From Amphiscolops sp. MND2022 (taxonomy: Eukaryota): 60,000 nucleotides of DNA. The notes below the pieces were generated by a model. The model saw only the letters and a list, made by a program, of their open reading frames with translations. It was not told the DNA's origin and did not search any database. The first letter of the stretch is position 1. Each line of letters starts with the position of its first letter. Positions 36,201 through 49,994 of this stretch are shown in pieces. The translations under genes were made by a program, and so were the position numbers. The stretch covers positions 30,258,001 to 30,318,000 of the forward strand of contig OZ076409.1 of the NCBI GenBank assembly GCA_964187785.1. Direction: 5' to 3'.

Positions 36201-39200
36201 TAATGATGTAAACGTTTTAAAACACACTGTATTTCATATTACCCATATTTCTCCGAACCAAAACCTCCTCTCCGTCGTTCTTCCCTTCGTAAACCTAATG
36301 TAGAAATTCATAATTTACAACCATCTCAAATTTTAACCCGTCCTCTTCCCTCACTGCCATATTCACCTGATACTCAACAGTTCCTCAATAAATTTAACTG
36401 ATGATGAATATTCAAAACTAGGCTCCATTCTTGTTGAATACCGAAATTGCTATGCAACCCACAAAAATGACGTTGGTCAAATAGCTACTCCTTTTCGAAT
36501 TCGCCTCAAACCTAATGCTAAACTCCAAACCCAAAGACCTACAAAAGTCCCTATCCATTAGAGAGAAAAACTCAAAAAACTACTCGATGAAGTACAGAAA
36601 CACAATGTTATTCGCCAAATTGGTTCTACCCCATCTGATAAATCCATTTATGGTACCACCTTTTTAAATCCTTTCATTATTATCCCCTAAGGAGATACTA
36701 TTAAAGTTGTCCTAGATGCAAGACATCTAAACTCAAACACTGATCAATCTTTTGAATCTTGGCCTATTGAACCTTTATCTCCTCAACTTGCACGCGCAAA
36801 CAAAAATTTTAAATCAGCTATCGATTTAATGTGCGCTTATGCCCATGCCCCCTTAGATGAAAAAACCATAATATTAACTAGTTTCTCATCCGGAGATAAA
36901 CGTTATGCCTTTACCCGAGGTTTTTATGGCCTTAAATGGCTGCCCAATTTTTTCACGAAACAAATGTATTCAGTTTTTCAAAAACTCATTGATCAAGGTT
37001 TTGCACTTGTTTACAACAAGGATATTCTCCTTCTTGCCTATACGAAAACTCATATGATAGACATAACCGAACAATTACATCAAATTTGTTACTCGAACAA
37101 TCTTAAAATTGCTCCTGAAAAATCATTTTATATTCTTCTCACTGTCAAACTTCTTGGACATGAAAGTGGTCACAACACTATTAAACCCATCTGTTCTAAA
37201 GTTGATGGTATACACAAATTAAAATCACAAACTTCTAAAACCGAGTTGATGCGTTTTATCGGATCAATGAACTTTTACTCCAAATTTATTAACAAACTAC
37301 ATATTTCTTTGAAACCCTTTTACACTCTCGTCCATGATGATGTTTCCTTTGAATGGACCTCTGATCTTGATAAACTTTTTAACGAAATTAAATTCTCCCC
37401 TTCTAAAGATGCAGAACTTGCTGTTCCTATTACCACTCACCCTTTTTATATAACCGTTGATGCCTCCCTAATTGGTCTAGGCGCAGTTTTATTTCAACCT
37501 AACTCCAATAATAAAATGCAGGTAATCTCTTACAACTCTCGTATTTTAACAACTCAAGAACAAAAACTTTCTACATATGACCGAGAACTCTGTGCCATAA
37601 CTTTTGCTCTTTCCCAATATGAATTTATAGTAATTGGTTCTTAATTTCCAATACCTATCTTCACAGATCACAACCCCATTCTTTTCCTTTTTACCCGTAA
37701 AGGTAATTTTACTCCCAGACAATATAAAGGTCTAATGGTACTAACCAAATTCTCCAACTTACAAATTAATCATTCAGCTGGTACAAACCTTACTGTTGCT
37801 GACATGCTCAGTACAGACTATTCAACTATTAATAATAAAACATGCCAACTCCAACATAAAACCCTTCCTCCACACATCGATTTTCTTCAACTTAAAAATG
37901 ATAATATCTTAAAACCGATTCATTATTTCGTCAAACATGAAGATGTATGTACTCCCTACACAAAAAATGATTCACATCTCATCCTAGTTGATAATGGTCA
38001 TGATCAATTCACACTTCGTATCCAAGATAAAGGAAATATTGTTAAATATACCCCTCTTGACTCTTTCTTTTTTCAATCTGTCTCTCCTCTTTTTAATTAA
38101 ATATAAAAAGCCTTTGAAAAATAAAGTTAAAACTTTACTTCAAGAAAATCCTCTTTTAAATGAAACTGATTTATATGAAACCGACGATCCCTTTATTACA
38201 CGAATCCTTAAACAAGATTTACAAACATCCCAATAACTTCACACCTTTCTCGCTGAAATACAATACCACAATTTTAACGACATTCACGTGTTCCAAGACA
38301 TTTTAACTAATATCACGAACTCCTCCTCTAGGGTTATCAACGCCACTAACACTAATGCTATAACCCAAACCCCTATTAAACCTACATCTACTCAATCTTT
38401 GCCATTCTTCGACCCATCCTTTTTTGCTCAATGCAAGGTATTTGAGAATTTTTTCTCCCGTCGGATATTCTTCTAACGCTACCTATTTTGTTTCAAGCTC
38501 AAAAGGATGATACTGTCCTTTCCATTGTTTATAAATGGTTAAAACAAAACAAAGACTCCATTCTTCAACTCCAGTTATTGAAGCAAACTCCTTTTTTATA
38601 CTTTTTACCGACAATTCCAACACCTATATATTGACCCAAACTCACATCTTATTCAATAATATACACCTAATTCTCGAATCTTTGAAGAAATCTTCATCAA
38701 AACTCAACTTTCTTTTAATCAAACTCGCATATGTTTACCATTTAAACTCTTTTATGCCGCTTTTAATAAAACTCATTCTCATGGTCACTCTGATGAAAAA
38801 CTCTCTATTAAAACGTTTTTTCAATTCTATTACATTCCTCATCTTCCTTTATGGTTCCCCATTTTCATTCATGACTGTATTGAATATCAAACAAATAAAC
38901 ATTTTCCTAATAAACCCGAAAACATTTCTCCTCCTCTACCATTTTATGAAATTGGCACTATTTTAATTACCGAATATCAATGGATACTAAAGGCCCCATT
39001 TCTCCTTCTTGTCATAACGAGTCATATATTTTTGTTATCATTGACTGAATATATAAATCAAGATATGGCCCATTTATGTTCTCTTTTCCATATTAACCAC
39101 TCTCCCCGTAATCCACACTCTCCCTGGATAAATGGTTTAGTTGAAGTCCAAAATCGTAACCTTGGCACTCATCTTACAAAACCCTCCTACCAATTGGTCA

Positions 39201-40231
39201 TTTCAAACTCAAATGTATGCTTATGCTCATAATACTACTCTCCTCTCTCAACTTAAACTCTCCCCTTATTAGATTGTTTTCCATACCCATCCTTTTTCCA
39301 AACGCATTCCTTTAACCTTCTCTCTTAATTTACCTCGTGACTCTTCCAAACATGTATAGCATCAAATTGCGACTCTCTCCCCCCTCATACACACTATAGT
39401 ACTCAAGATCTTAACCCCTTTTTCACTCAATTCTTGATAAACCTATTTCCTCATGGCTCTTATCTGCTGAACATGCAATGTTAGAAATATATTCAACTGT
39501 TCACCGCGATACAAATCATAGATTAAATTCTCGAAGCTCTACACTTGAAACAACCCACCTAAAACAGCTACCCCTTCATTCCTTCGTTGTTCATACTAAT
39601 TTTAAACATTTGTGTCAAATTTTCACAAAAACTCAAACCTCTCCGTCTTGGACAATATTAGATTCCTAAACACTTTTCTGAAGTGACCTATGAACTTATG
39701 TTTCAAGACGGCTCCACTTTTCAAACTCATAGAAATAATATATTACCATGTTATCCTAAAGAACCTGTGATTTTTCCTTATTTCAAACAATACCACTCTA
39801 CTCCTTCCCTTATCAATAATCCTGACACCAACTCTTATCAAGACACTTTCTCTCAAGTTTCTCCACTAACTACCCAATCAATCTCTGATCCTTTTCCAAC
39901 TCAAACTTTCACAAAGGATCAAATTGTATCAAATGTTTCCGCTCCCAAATATCAAAATCTTTCATATTGTTCCCCTTTACATGATAATCTACATAATACA
40001 TTTGATTCTACTGACTCTGATTTCGAAATGCTTCCAAATCCAATCTATTATTCAAACTCATCCAATAATTTCTTTCCCCAAATATTTCCTCGTATTGCTG
40101 ACTCCCCCAATACCTCGTTAACTTCTCCAAACGACCCACAAACTGTACCCAATTATACCAGAGCTCCTCATTCTCCATTCAACTTACGTTCACTACCCAA
40201 CCGAAATCATTTCAAGACACAACTTTCATGA
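33250..40231 (+). pseudogene. Decayed Gypsy gag-pol of a different lineage (C/T-rich sense strand)
   Basis: Pro-rich gag with CSFCRKNNHSVSTC knuckle (~34712); LLDSGA protease (~35485); RT with degenerate YNKD; TVDAS and YDRELCAI RNase H; integrase remnants (MDTKGP, NGLVEVQNR); no LTR pair seen. Confidence 0.88.
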
Positions 40232-41293
40232 GCGTGAAAAGCTTATTGAAAATCCTCAAACGCTCCATAAGGGAATTTTCACTGGCCCCCGGTTTTTTTA
40301 TTTTTTGTAATAATATTACCTATTTGTATGTTTTAAAATTTCGGGAAGCTTAAGGTATTTTAATAATTGGTAAAAACAGAGGTTTTTGTATCTACCTTAT
40401 CATGAAACCTGATACGACTTTTAGAGATTTCTAATAAATAACCCCATTCTCAGGATTCCGTATACAAGTATTAAGTATTAGTTATACTACTTCCACAGTT
40501 AACTTATATAGAAATAGTATTTCTTATACACAAAAACGATTTATTGTACACAAATAGGATTTCTTATACCAACCGCTAATATTCCTGATAGAAATGCATG
40601 ATTTTGTAATTTTGTTGAAATTGCGTTTGCAGTGGCTAGCAGCAGTTCGTCGAGTCTCAGTTTTTTTGATAAAGTATTTCTAATACACACTTAGAATACT
40701 TCAATTCTCAAAACTTTATAATTTAATCTATATAATGGTTTAAAAAACTCGATGCCGTCTTTTGACTATCGTGCTCTTCTTTCTTTACGAACAATAAACT
40801 TGCCGTCAGAAGTAGCCTAAAAACTTCCAAGACATTGAACAAGTCAATTCCTCGAATTTCTAGTTGCTAATCAATAACCAAGAAACAATCACAAGATTAC
40901 AGCATGAAACAGAAACAAGTCATTCAAAATGATTCTGTTATCAGGCTGCCAAGGAAGACTTTGTGTTTTTTTGCGATTAGTTCCCGATAATTTTCATAGT
41001 CCTCGTAGTTTCCTCGGTGTCCTTGAACATGAATTTTGAGGGCTTCGAAAGCGAGACTTGTTGTTATTTTGAAACGCACCCCCAAGATGACATGGATGAA
41101 AATTTTCTCTGCATCCGGCCTGGCTTCGAGAACATCCCATCTTTTGCCAAGAAACTCATCAAGCATTTTGTTTCCACGTGAACCCCGGTCCTCGTTGATG
41201 ATGAACTTCTGTCAATGGAAGAAGACGAAAAAAAATACAATTGTAAAACAAATTTTCAAGGCTCTGGAATGTATAATTTTGACATAAAGTTTG

Positions 41294-42515
41294 TTACTCA
41301 ATTTGAAAACCCTCGGAGTTAAAATGTTGAATAAATAAATTGTTTGAACGTTTCAATGTCCTGGGAAGTTCAAAACATACATTCAAGTGTTTCCAAAACA
41401 TTGTTGCTAACGATGCTAAAAACGATGTTGATGTGTAGCATATGCTCACCGAGTCTCTAGATGCGTCACAGCCCAAAATTTGCTTGATGTAGAACGGCAC
41501 AGGACTGTATATGATTTCGTTGTGGCTGATTGTGTCGTAAGAGAGGAAAAGTTCCCGTTTGATGGCTGAAAGAACAATGAAAACTTCATCAACTGAGTGC
41601 AAGTTAGGTTTTCGCTCTGTGAGTTCTGGGGATTTCATATAGTTCAATTCCTGTTGCTGCTTAAATGATTGATTGGGGTCTTCTGCCAGTCTAACTTCTG
41701 TAGCATAGAGTCCAATGTATCTTTTCCTGCCGTCTAAGGTTACTTCTGCCATCGCTGTCGCCTCTTTGCAATTAAAAAAAGCCTTCGCACAACCCCTGCC
41801 TGTGACACGTCTATTACAACACGTGATCCTGTTGCTAGAATTCCGTTCGTAGTAGGAACAAGAGTCAGTCTGACAGTGCTTCAGATCCACACAATGTGCG
41901 CAAAGTTTCACGAATGTTGATCTTTGACGTTTTTTCTTTTTCTTCTGCTTTTACTTCAACTTTTACATTTTTGTCAACTGGGATGTGTATGTTTTCCTCT
42001 TCCGCCACTACTTCTTTTTGCCAGTCCGAATTCGTCAGCTGGTTGTATGAAATATAAAACTTCCCCTCATCGGAGCAAATCAGCAAGGTTTTTCCAAACC
42101 TATCATTGATTAGCACAATTCCAGATTTCAAAACTGATGCTTCTTGGATTATTTGTTTCATCTCTCTAGGCTCCATAATATCACTAACAGATGGGGCAGT
42201 TGATCCAACGTAATGTACTACATCGCCTTTTTCGAATTTTTCTTTGGTGTAACCCAGTTTTTAGTCGATATTGTAGCGTCTGGAAAGTATAACTTCTTGG
42301 AGAGCTTTCCTGACTGGCCATAACTCAAGATCAACTTGGGGGTCACAAAAGAGCACACGAACAGTGTTTTTGTTTTTTCCCCAGCGAATAAAATTGACAC
42401 GAACATGATTGGTGCCCTCAAAGCCTTCGATTTTAGCTTCCTCCCAAATTTGAGTGTCAGGATCCAAAGCTTGAATGACTGGTTTAGTCTGGAAAAACAA
42501 ATTAGCAAAAAGCAT
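41294..42515 (-). pseudogene. Fragmented gene with N-terminal Tudor/chromo-barrel-like domain and Cys-rich region
   Basis: VIQALDPDTQIWEEAKIEGFEGTNHVRVNFIRWG resembles PHF20-type Tudor/Agenet pattern; CAHC...HC...C...CC...C...C cluster; consecutive ORFs in shifted frames. Confidence 0.45.
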
Positions 42516-42564
42516 TACTGATTGATTTACAATTAGTTGAGCTTTTTCAATCGAGGGGATTTAA

Positions 42565-42962
42565 ACGAGAAGATGAATGATGAAAATAGCTGGTTGCCGA
42601 ATAGTTTTATAATGCGTCTTTAGAAATCTTAAACTGCCTCACTTCCGTTCTGGTGTTTGCCTCACATTATTGGTGGTGTAGCTAGTGTGAATTTGAGGTG
42701 AATTAAAAAAGAACGATGGAAATAGCTTGTTGCTGAATAGTTTTTTATTGCGTCTTCAAATATGTTAAACTGCTTCACTTCCGTTCGGGTGTTAGCCTCA
42801 CATTATTGGTGGTGTAACTAGTGTGAATTCGCGTTGAATTAAAAGAGAACGATGGAAACAGCTTGTTGCTGAATAGTTTCAAAATGCGTCTTTAGAAATC
42901 TTGAACTGCCTCACTTTAGTTGTGTTAAACTCACTACTGGCGGTGTAGCTACTGTGAATTCG
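42565..42962. repeat. ~136-bp tandem repeat (3 copies) between divergent genes
   Basis: Recurring AAATAGCTTGTTGCTGAATAG...CACATTATTGGTGGTGTAGCTAGTGTGAATT. Confidence 0.8.
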
Positions 42963-43134
42963 GTAATACCAAATGAAAATCTTCGGCACCTGTTTCGCTT
43001 TTTGATGCACTTGTTGATGCGTACAGGCAATATTGAATTTAAAATGCCTCAGTTGTGAGTGTTGCTGATTTTTTCAACGATTTTTTAACTATGTTTCAAA
43101 ATCACTTTCATTAATAAACTGTCGATCTTTTACA

Positions 43135-46100
43135 ATGGGTTTTAATAACGAGGAGATGATTCTCCAAAAACATTTAATCGATTGCCCAGAAGGCCTATTT
43201 GTTGATTTATCGTTATTCGATTATTTAGCACAGGAAACAATACATGATAAGCGAAGGAAAGTGAAACCAGCCATCACTTGCCTCGTAAATGGAACGAATG
43301 TTCAATTCGAGTATGTTTTCATTAGTGCAACGCGCAACGAGACAGGTAGAAGAGCAAAATTCAATGCAGTCGCTTTCAAAATTGCACTTCTGCTTGTCTT
43401 TATAGATTCATAGGCCTTTCGTGGACAGATCGTCGTCGACGTTTCGTGGAACACTTTTTTGGTCCCGAATTTATCCCACACGGGGAGCCAGTAGAAAGCA
43501 ACTCGGAAATGGGCAAATTCTTGCGGAAGCTGGACAATCGGGACAAGGAGACAAAGACAGAGAAACAAAGAAGTAAAGTAGGAACAGTAGCAAAAATGCG
43601 GTTTTACCTGAGACAGCTTTTTACACAAGTAGCACTCAATTCTGGAGTGATGTGTTGAGTCAAATGAATAATCGAGGTATGAAAATTGGAAGTTTCATCC
43701 AGTATTTAAAAGATAAAGCCAACAGTGCCATCAAAAGTAACCTTGCACTACGGCCTAACTATTTGAAAGAAATCATGGAAGCACTTTTTCCTTCAAGATA
43801 CACCAGGCAATTCAAGGAGCATTTGTATTCAATTACGAAAACTGGTAATGTTGTTGATTTGCTGGGTTATCGCAAGAATTTATTTGACTGAAACGGTATC
43901 AGAAACGATCAGTTAGTTCCGTGTGTCACAGCAATAAACAAGTTGTCAAAACCTCTCCATTGTTTCTATTACAACATAAGCCAGCCGGAAAAAACTTACT
44001 CAGGATTCAGAGCTGACTTAGTTACCTTAGTGAGAACCTCTCACTACCTCATGACGGGAAGTGAATCATTAGAAGGAGTGGCAGTCGATATTTTGGGTGA
44101 CGGATTTGAAATTGGGAACGCGGAGTGTACGAGGATGGTTTTCCGATTTTTTTTACGCAAAAGGAAAAATCAGTCCACAGTCATCAGATGCATGTTTCAC
44201 GTTTGCTTGCTTCAAAGGTTTGTGCAGAATTGCTTGAAAGCTGTTTAAGTAAGAAAATGAATGCTCTATATTCAACTAAGTTGTTCAAGAAAGTATTTGA
44301 TTTTTATTAACCTAAAACGTTTAAGAAAAAGCATGCTTTATTTCTAAACAAAAATGTTGAGGAAATTGAGTTGCGTAGCAAAATCAACTCAATGAATAGA
44401 ATAGGCTTAAGGTTGTGGATAAATCTTCCTAAAACAAGGACGCGATGGAATCCGCCTTCCATCGTTAAAGGCATAAAAGTTTCTTGAATTTTCAATGAAA
44501 TTTTTCTATCTCAAAGCTTCAAGCATTTGAAAAAATGTTTAAACAACCAAAGTTCTTTTGAACGAATCGTTTCTTCTCTCTAACGAAATATAAAACCACA
44601 ATCATTTCATTGTATTCAACTAACATGTTGAAAAAAATGAATGATTATGCACTGGACAAGTACGGCAAATACAGTGTGAAGAAAGCTGAAATTTGTCTAT
44701 TCTGATTGGCTCACAAAGCCTCTCTGCTTGAATCTCATTGGTTTAACGAGTATCGACAAAATTGGAAGTACTTGTAACAAGATAGGAGTTTCCCTGAATA
44801 TTTTAATTTGTTTTTGTCCCAAAAGTGCACACTTGAGACGTTAAGTTGTTGCATGTTCGCAGGCCATGATAGCAGATTTACAATGGAACAAAACCTTGGC
44901 CCAACAGATGTTGGAGTTCAAACAAGTGGATGGCTTTACCAACAGACAAAGACGTTGGTCGAGGTATACAAAGTGAATCAGACGTTGTCCGGTGATCAAC
45001 CATTTGTAATGCGGCTAGTTAATGGTGACAATGTTGAAGACGACTCCAAATGCGCACTCTATGTTGGCAAAAAATCATCAATTGGTTCCATTGACAAAGA
45101 TGGAAAGAAAATTTTCCAACCATTTTTGTCATCAACAGTTGATCCCAACACGAAGAAACGGACAACTTTGGATATTCCCTGGCAGCTGTTGCCGTCAACG
45201 TCCTTAATTTATCTTGACGATATCCGCAGAGTTTTCGTTGGCAATTGCTATGGTATTACAAAGATGGTTGAGAATGACTTACAAAAGTTTTGCAACCAAC
45301 TGATTCAGACCCGCGGGAAAACAATTTACACCGTCCTTAATATATTCGAATCCAATTTAACTGAGAGAGGAGTGAAGGAGCCTATGTTTAGATTTGTTTT
45401 TAATATAAGCAAAACTGGACCAACTAGCTGCAGTTCTGTGTCTTCAAGTGGAAAAGAGGCCCTGCTCGCGATTGCTCATCGGGAGGAATTTGGAAGCGAG
45501 AGTGGAATACGAAGTAACTTTTTTGATGCTGTCTTCAAGGAAAATGAGTACCTTGTTGGCCATCCAGCTCACCTAGAATTTCTCAAAACATATCACAAAA
45601 AACTTTTCAAACATGAAGAAGTACTTTAAGACAAAACAAGTCAATATTTGATGTCAAAATACGATGCGGCAGAGTTATAGCGACAGTCCTTGAACAATAT
45701 GAATATTATTCTCAGAGGTTCGAAAAACGGTTTTCCTCTAAAACTCTTTGATGTTTACAATTTCTGGGCGGATACATATTATCATCTCTCAATGGCTTTC
45801 TTTGGCGAAGTTAAGTCATATAAAGTGAAGCTCCTTCTCATTCCGAAATTAGTCGAAACAGGTTGCATCCGATCACCTTGGGACCACCTAACTGAAGCAA
45901 TGGAGCACTCGAATCACCGCGCGCATCAATTTTACCATCAAATGACAATGCGAGGTGGAGGTAAATTATTTCATGTGGATCCTATGCTTCAAAACCTCGT
46001 TCTATCGTTTTTTCGATGTTATTTACAAAGCGAGCAACAAATTGCTTTTGACGAGTGTATGATACAGCTGCGTAGTAAATTCCAGCCGATTCCAACCTTC

Positions 46101-46745
46101 CATATGGATTACCTATGGAATTGCAGAATACGAATAAAACGAGGTCTATTGAAATCAATGAACATCGTGAAAACAATGAGATTTTTCGAGGCCTGCGTTT
46201 CACCGTGTTTGGAGAATTTCGAAAAGCTAAACTAACGCAGGATCAAGTTAACAACATGATTCTCGAAGGTGGTGGCGTGGTGATGACCCAAGATGTCCTG
46301 AATACACTGACTGAAAAACACGCCCTATTGCCGTTTTGCTATGTTTTAGTACAAAATGAATCAGATCTTAGAATAGCAACTGGTGAGCCAGGGGTTGAAA
46401 TATCAGTGGAGGAACGTGAAAAAGTCGTCGAAAATAGAGAAAGGGTTCTGAAATTAAGATGTTTTGTACAATCGGGAGTTGTTATTTTGAATGTCAAGTT
46501 TTTAGTTGATTGCTTACTTTGTTGACCCTGCAAACTATGAAATAAAACTAGGAACTGACATACCGATAGTCCCCATTCGTGACATGAAGCCATTGTTCAA
46601 ACGACAGTGCGAAGCGGAAGAATTAAAGGAAGGAGTCACCAAAGGGACTTTTGTTTTAATCAAACAATATCGCAAGCAAAACTACTCAAACATCACACAA
46701 GACATCGAGAAGATATTTGGAAAAAGACATACAGAAAATGATTAG
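43135..46745 (+). pseudogene. Fragmented putative DDE transposase (Transib/RAG1-like) with C-terminal BRCT-like domain
   Basis: Candidate acidic triad VDILGDG (~44100), RLVNGDN (~45025), LTEAMEHSN (~45900; compare RAG1 SEGNESGN); IFRGLRFTVFGEF...NMILEGGGVV...KFLVDCL is a BRCT pattern; frameshifts, stops and probable introns. Confidence 0.45.
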
Positions 46746-47009
46746 ATGTATTAGTCATAGTTCAGTACCCTCTATTCTGTTTATTGTTGATTTATTGATT
46801 GTTGATGTATTTTTGGTGATTTGAAACGTTGTTCTTTCTGTAACATTGTATCTCTATCTTCAATGCGAATCCTAATTATTTGAAAAAACATTGCACTCAA
46901 AAGCTTGTTTTCAGACTGAAATTACAGGTGCAAAGGGTTTGGGGTAACAAGATTAATTTAAATCTAAATCTTGTTCGGTTCAATTTTCAACAAATACATT
47001 ATGTACAGA

Positions 47010-47480
47010 AATTGGAACATTTACTTCTCCCCCACATTTTGTATTGTGGAAAGTCAATTTGACTTTCATTCAAAACTTTTCTGGACTATTATCGTTTTCT
47101 GTAATATTTTCTCGAAACGTAAAACCTGATTTAGAATGTTTAAGAATCCAGTGAAAAGGAAAACATTTCGAAAACGTGTGTGAGGGAATGAAAAAAAAGC
47201 CAATAATTTTCAAAAGTTTCGATATAAAATCTAAACTTCCTATTGCTCAAATTACAACAAATACAAAATCCATAAAAATGGGAACTTTCTTTTTCCCCAC
47301 GTTTGTTGTTTAAAAATCAATTTAATTCTCATTCAAACCATTTCGGGACTGAAATCTTTTTCTGTGAGAGTTTGTCAAAACGTAAAACATAATATAAAAT
47401 GATTTAGACTCCAAGAAAATGAAAAACCTTTTGAAAAAGCGTACGGGGAATGAGAAAAAGAACCCAATAGTTTTCACATG
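47010..47480. repeat. ~270-bp imperfect direct duplication between convergent genes
   Basis: CCCCAC...TCAATTT...AAACGTAAAAC...GGGAATGA...CCAATA occurs twice. Confidence 0.6.
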
Positions 47481-47563
47481 ATTCAAAAAAGCAGGTGACA
47501 CTCGCTTTCACCCGTCTGCTGTAGCCGAACTATTCACTGCATCTGCGTTTGTAGCTATGCGAT

Positions 47564-49114
47564 TTAAAAGCGATCCTTGGTTTCATAGGCAAACAAGTTG
47601 TTCATAAAAGTGATTGTTGCCGGCACTTTGGGGTAGTCTGGTAGGTGTTCATTGTACTTCGCGACTACACTCAAACATGCACGGAAAGATCTCCGGAACC
47701 CGTTGCGCATGTTATTGGGTAGAATAGGTGCATGGCCTTCATGAACAGTCCAAATTCGCGAAACGAGGTCTTCTTCATTATTGGGGTGAGGGTATGTTGG
47801 AACTTTACCGTTCGCTTGTTTGCATCGGCAGACAAACTCAGCTACTAGGGCAGCAGATAGGTAGCACAAGTCAGGAATATCTGGCTTTTTTGATCCGCTC
47901 CGTCATAAACTCATTGAGTGCTGCAGCTGAAAAAAGACCCTTTTTGATTTTCATTTTAAAATGTGTAGAGATTGATCTGTAACCTTTGTATTGTAGATGG
48001 AGAACAATCAATATGGAGCAAATTTTCTAATCAATATTCAAGTTTTTGCCCTCCAATTGTGTATCAATTTTTTTTTGAAATATTCAAGAGATACTCACGG
48101 TATTCATAAAAAGCCAAAAAGTTTGTTCCCACAGCCACACTGTTCGCTGTTGTGGACACAAAGTGGAGCGTTCCTGCTGGGATAAAAACGCCTTGTCCAG
48201 TTTTCAAAGTAACTCTATATCCATGAAGATCGCTCCTGCCACCGTAGAACCTGGATATCGATGTCACAGATGATTGGAAGCTGGCCAGTACCTGGCCAAA
48301 CTTGCCGGTCTCGTTCACGAAAACGAAGTCTTTTTCTCCGGCAACGAGGACGTAGAACACTGAGGTTCCACTGAAATCTACATGCCAGTCAGCAAAAGAC
48401 CCAGCTTGACTGAGGACAACGTAGTTCAGCTTCCACACGCTGCTCGTGTCTCTTGGGAGCCTCTTGTGCATCTTGTGTCCCAACGAGACTTCTCTGACAA
48501 ACTTGGCAGGCTTGAACTGCAGACTATTGCTTGTCGTTGCGTTAGTCTCACTTTTAACTTCGTTCTAAAAAAAAACAAGAATATGAAGCACGAGACTACC
48601 TCAAAAACATTTGGAGTTGAGGAATTTGATTTAAATGAAATTTTTGTCTACGTTGATTCAAAAAAAATTGATGACAATGATTATTGATCCTACGTTGTAT
48701 AAGCCTTCTTATGGAAAAACAAGCAAAATCTTTTTACTCCTTTCAGCCAACTGCAGTTCACTGACATTTCTGGATTTTCTTTTGCCAATACTGCACTGAA
48801 TATTCGTTTATCCGTGAGTTCGAGGTCTGCAGCAGAAAAATGTGTGAGAACCCCTTGAGTTTGACAGCATCTTTTATCAGCATTGGTTTTTTGACAGTTT
48901 CAACAAGAGCCTTCTGCAAAAGCTCTGAGTAGTTCTGGTCAACGAATTCAGCAATGTATTGCTTGTAATCGTTCCCCGTTTTGCCCATAGGCAACCGCTC
49001 TACAAGTTGACGTATTTCGGTGGCGTCACCGAATGCTGGGTAGCCATCAACGAATGTTGTGTCAATTGATTTAATTGCTGAAAAAGAACGAATTGAGAAG
49101 CTAGGACTACACAA
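47564..49114 (-). CDS. JmjC-domain histone demethylase-like gene (KDM2/KDM7 type), multi-exon, possibly disrupted
   Basis: YVVLSQAGSFADWHVDFSGTSVFY...GEKDF...GQGVFIPAGTLHFVST...GTNFL; Fe ligands H-x-D (48384-48376) and H (48165-48163) intact; acceptor near 48565, GTGAGT donor near 48098; probable frameshift in an A-run near 47890. Confidence 0.85.
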
Positions 49115-49239
49115 AAAGTAACGTATTTACCAGTGTGTATTGTTCAGAAAATGTTTAAGAAAACGTAGGCCTTCAATTTGCAAACAAATGCCGATAAATA
49201 GCCTATAACAGACTTATATTATTTAAAACTACGTACAAT

Positions 49240-49890
49240 CATAACTGCAGGAAGTTTGTGTCGGAGGAAGTCGTCGCGGAGTCAGCTGTTTTCGCGGAGT
49301 CCGCTTTTTTACAAGAGTAGTAGGCGTAGTCGGAGAAGCGGCAAACGAAGAAGAAGGAATAGCAGGAGTAGATGAAGTCTTCTGAGGAAAAGGAGGTAGA
49401 GGGGGAGTAGGCGCAGGAGCAGAAGACGTAGTACGAGGGGTATCAGGTGTAGGAGGATGAGAACAATCGATACCTTATTAGAAAAATTGTTTTCAACAAA
49501 AGCAATAATTTCTTCCAAACTTTTTTGCAAACGGTTTGAAAAAACTAACACGTTTTCTAGAATAAACATTTGAATATCACGTACGTTACTTTGGAGTCGG
49601 CGACTTTCGAGGACTCCGCTTCTTTGCTGTTGAAAGTGTTACAGTAGTAGAAGGAGTAGCAAACGAAGAAGAAGGAATACCAGGAGTAGAAGAAGCCTTC
49701 TGGGAAAAAGAAGGCAGAGGAGGACCAGGTATATGAGGAGGAGACGGCGGACAACGTAAAAGATGTGAAGACAGAGTAAGGGGCGGACCAGGTATAAGTG
49801 GAGGAGGAGACGGAGCAGGAGGTGTAGAAGGAGGAGACGAAGCACGAGGAAGACTAGGTGATAGTGGCAATGCCGGTGTTGATGAGCCTA
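49240..49890 (-). repeat. Duplicated Pro/Ser-rich low-complexity coding-like segments
   Basis: Two related blocks (49260-49470, 49590-49870) encoding PGPP/PSSS-rich peptide; plausible upstream exons of the JmjC gene. Confidence 0.45.
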
Positions 49891-49994
49891 ATCACAATAA
49901 ACAAAATCCAAGAAGGCAACTCAATTTCAGTTATACTTCGATAATAATTTAAAAAAGACGATGCTAACAGGTACCTCTAAACTAAATGAAACAA

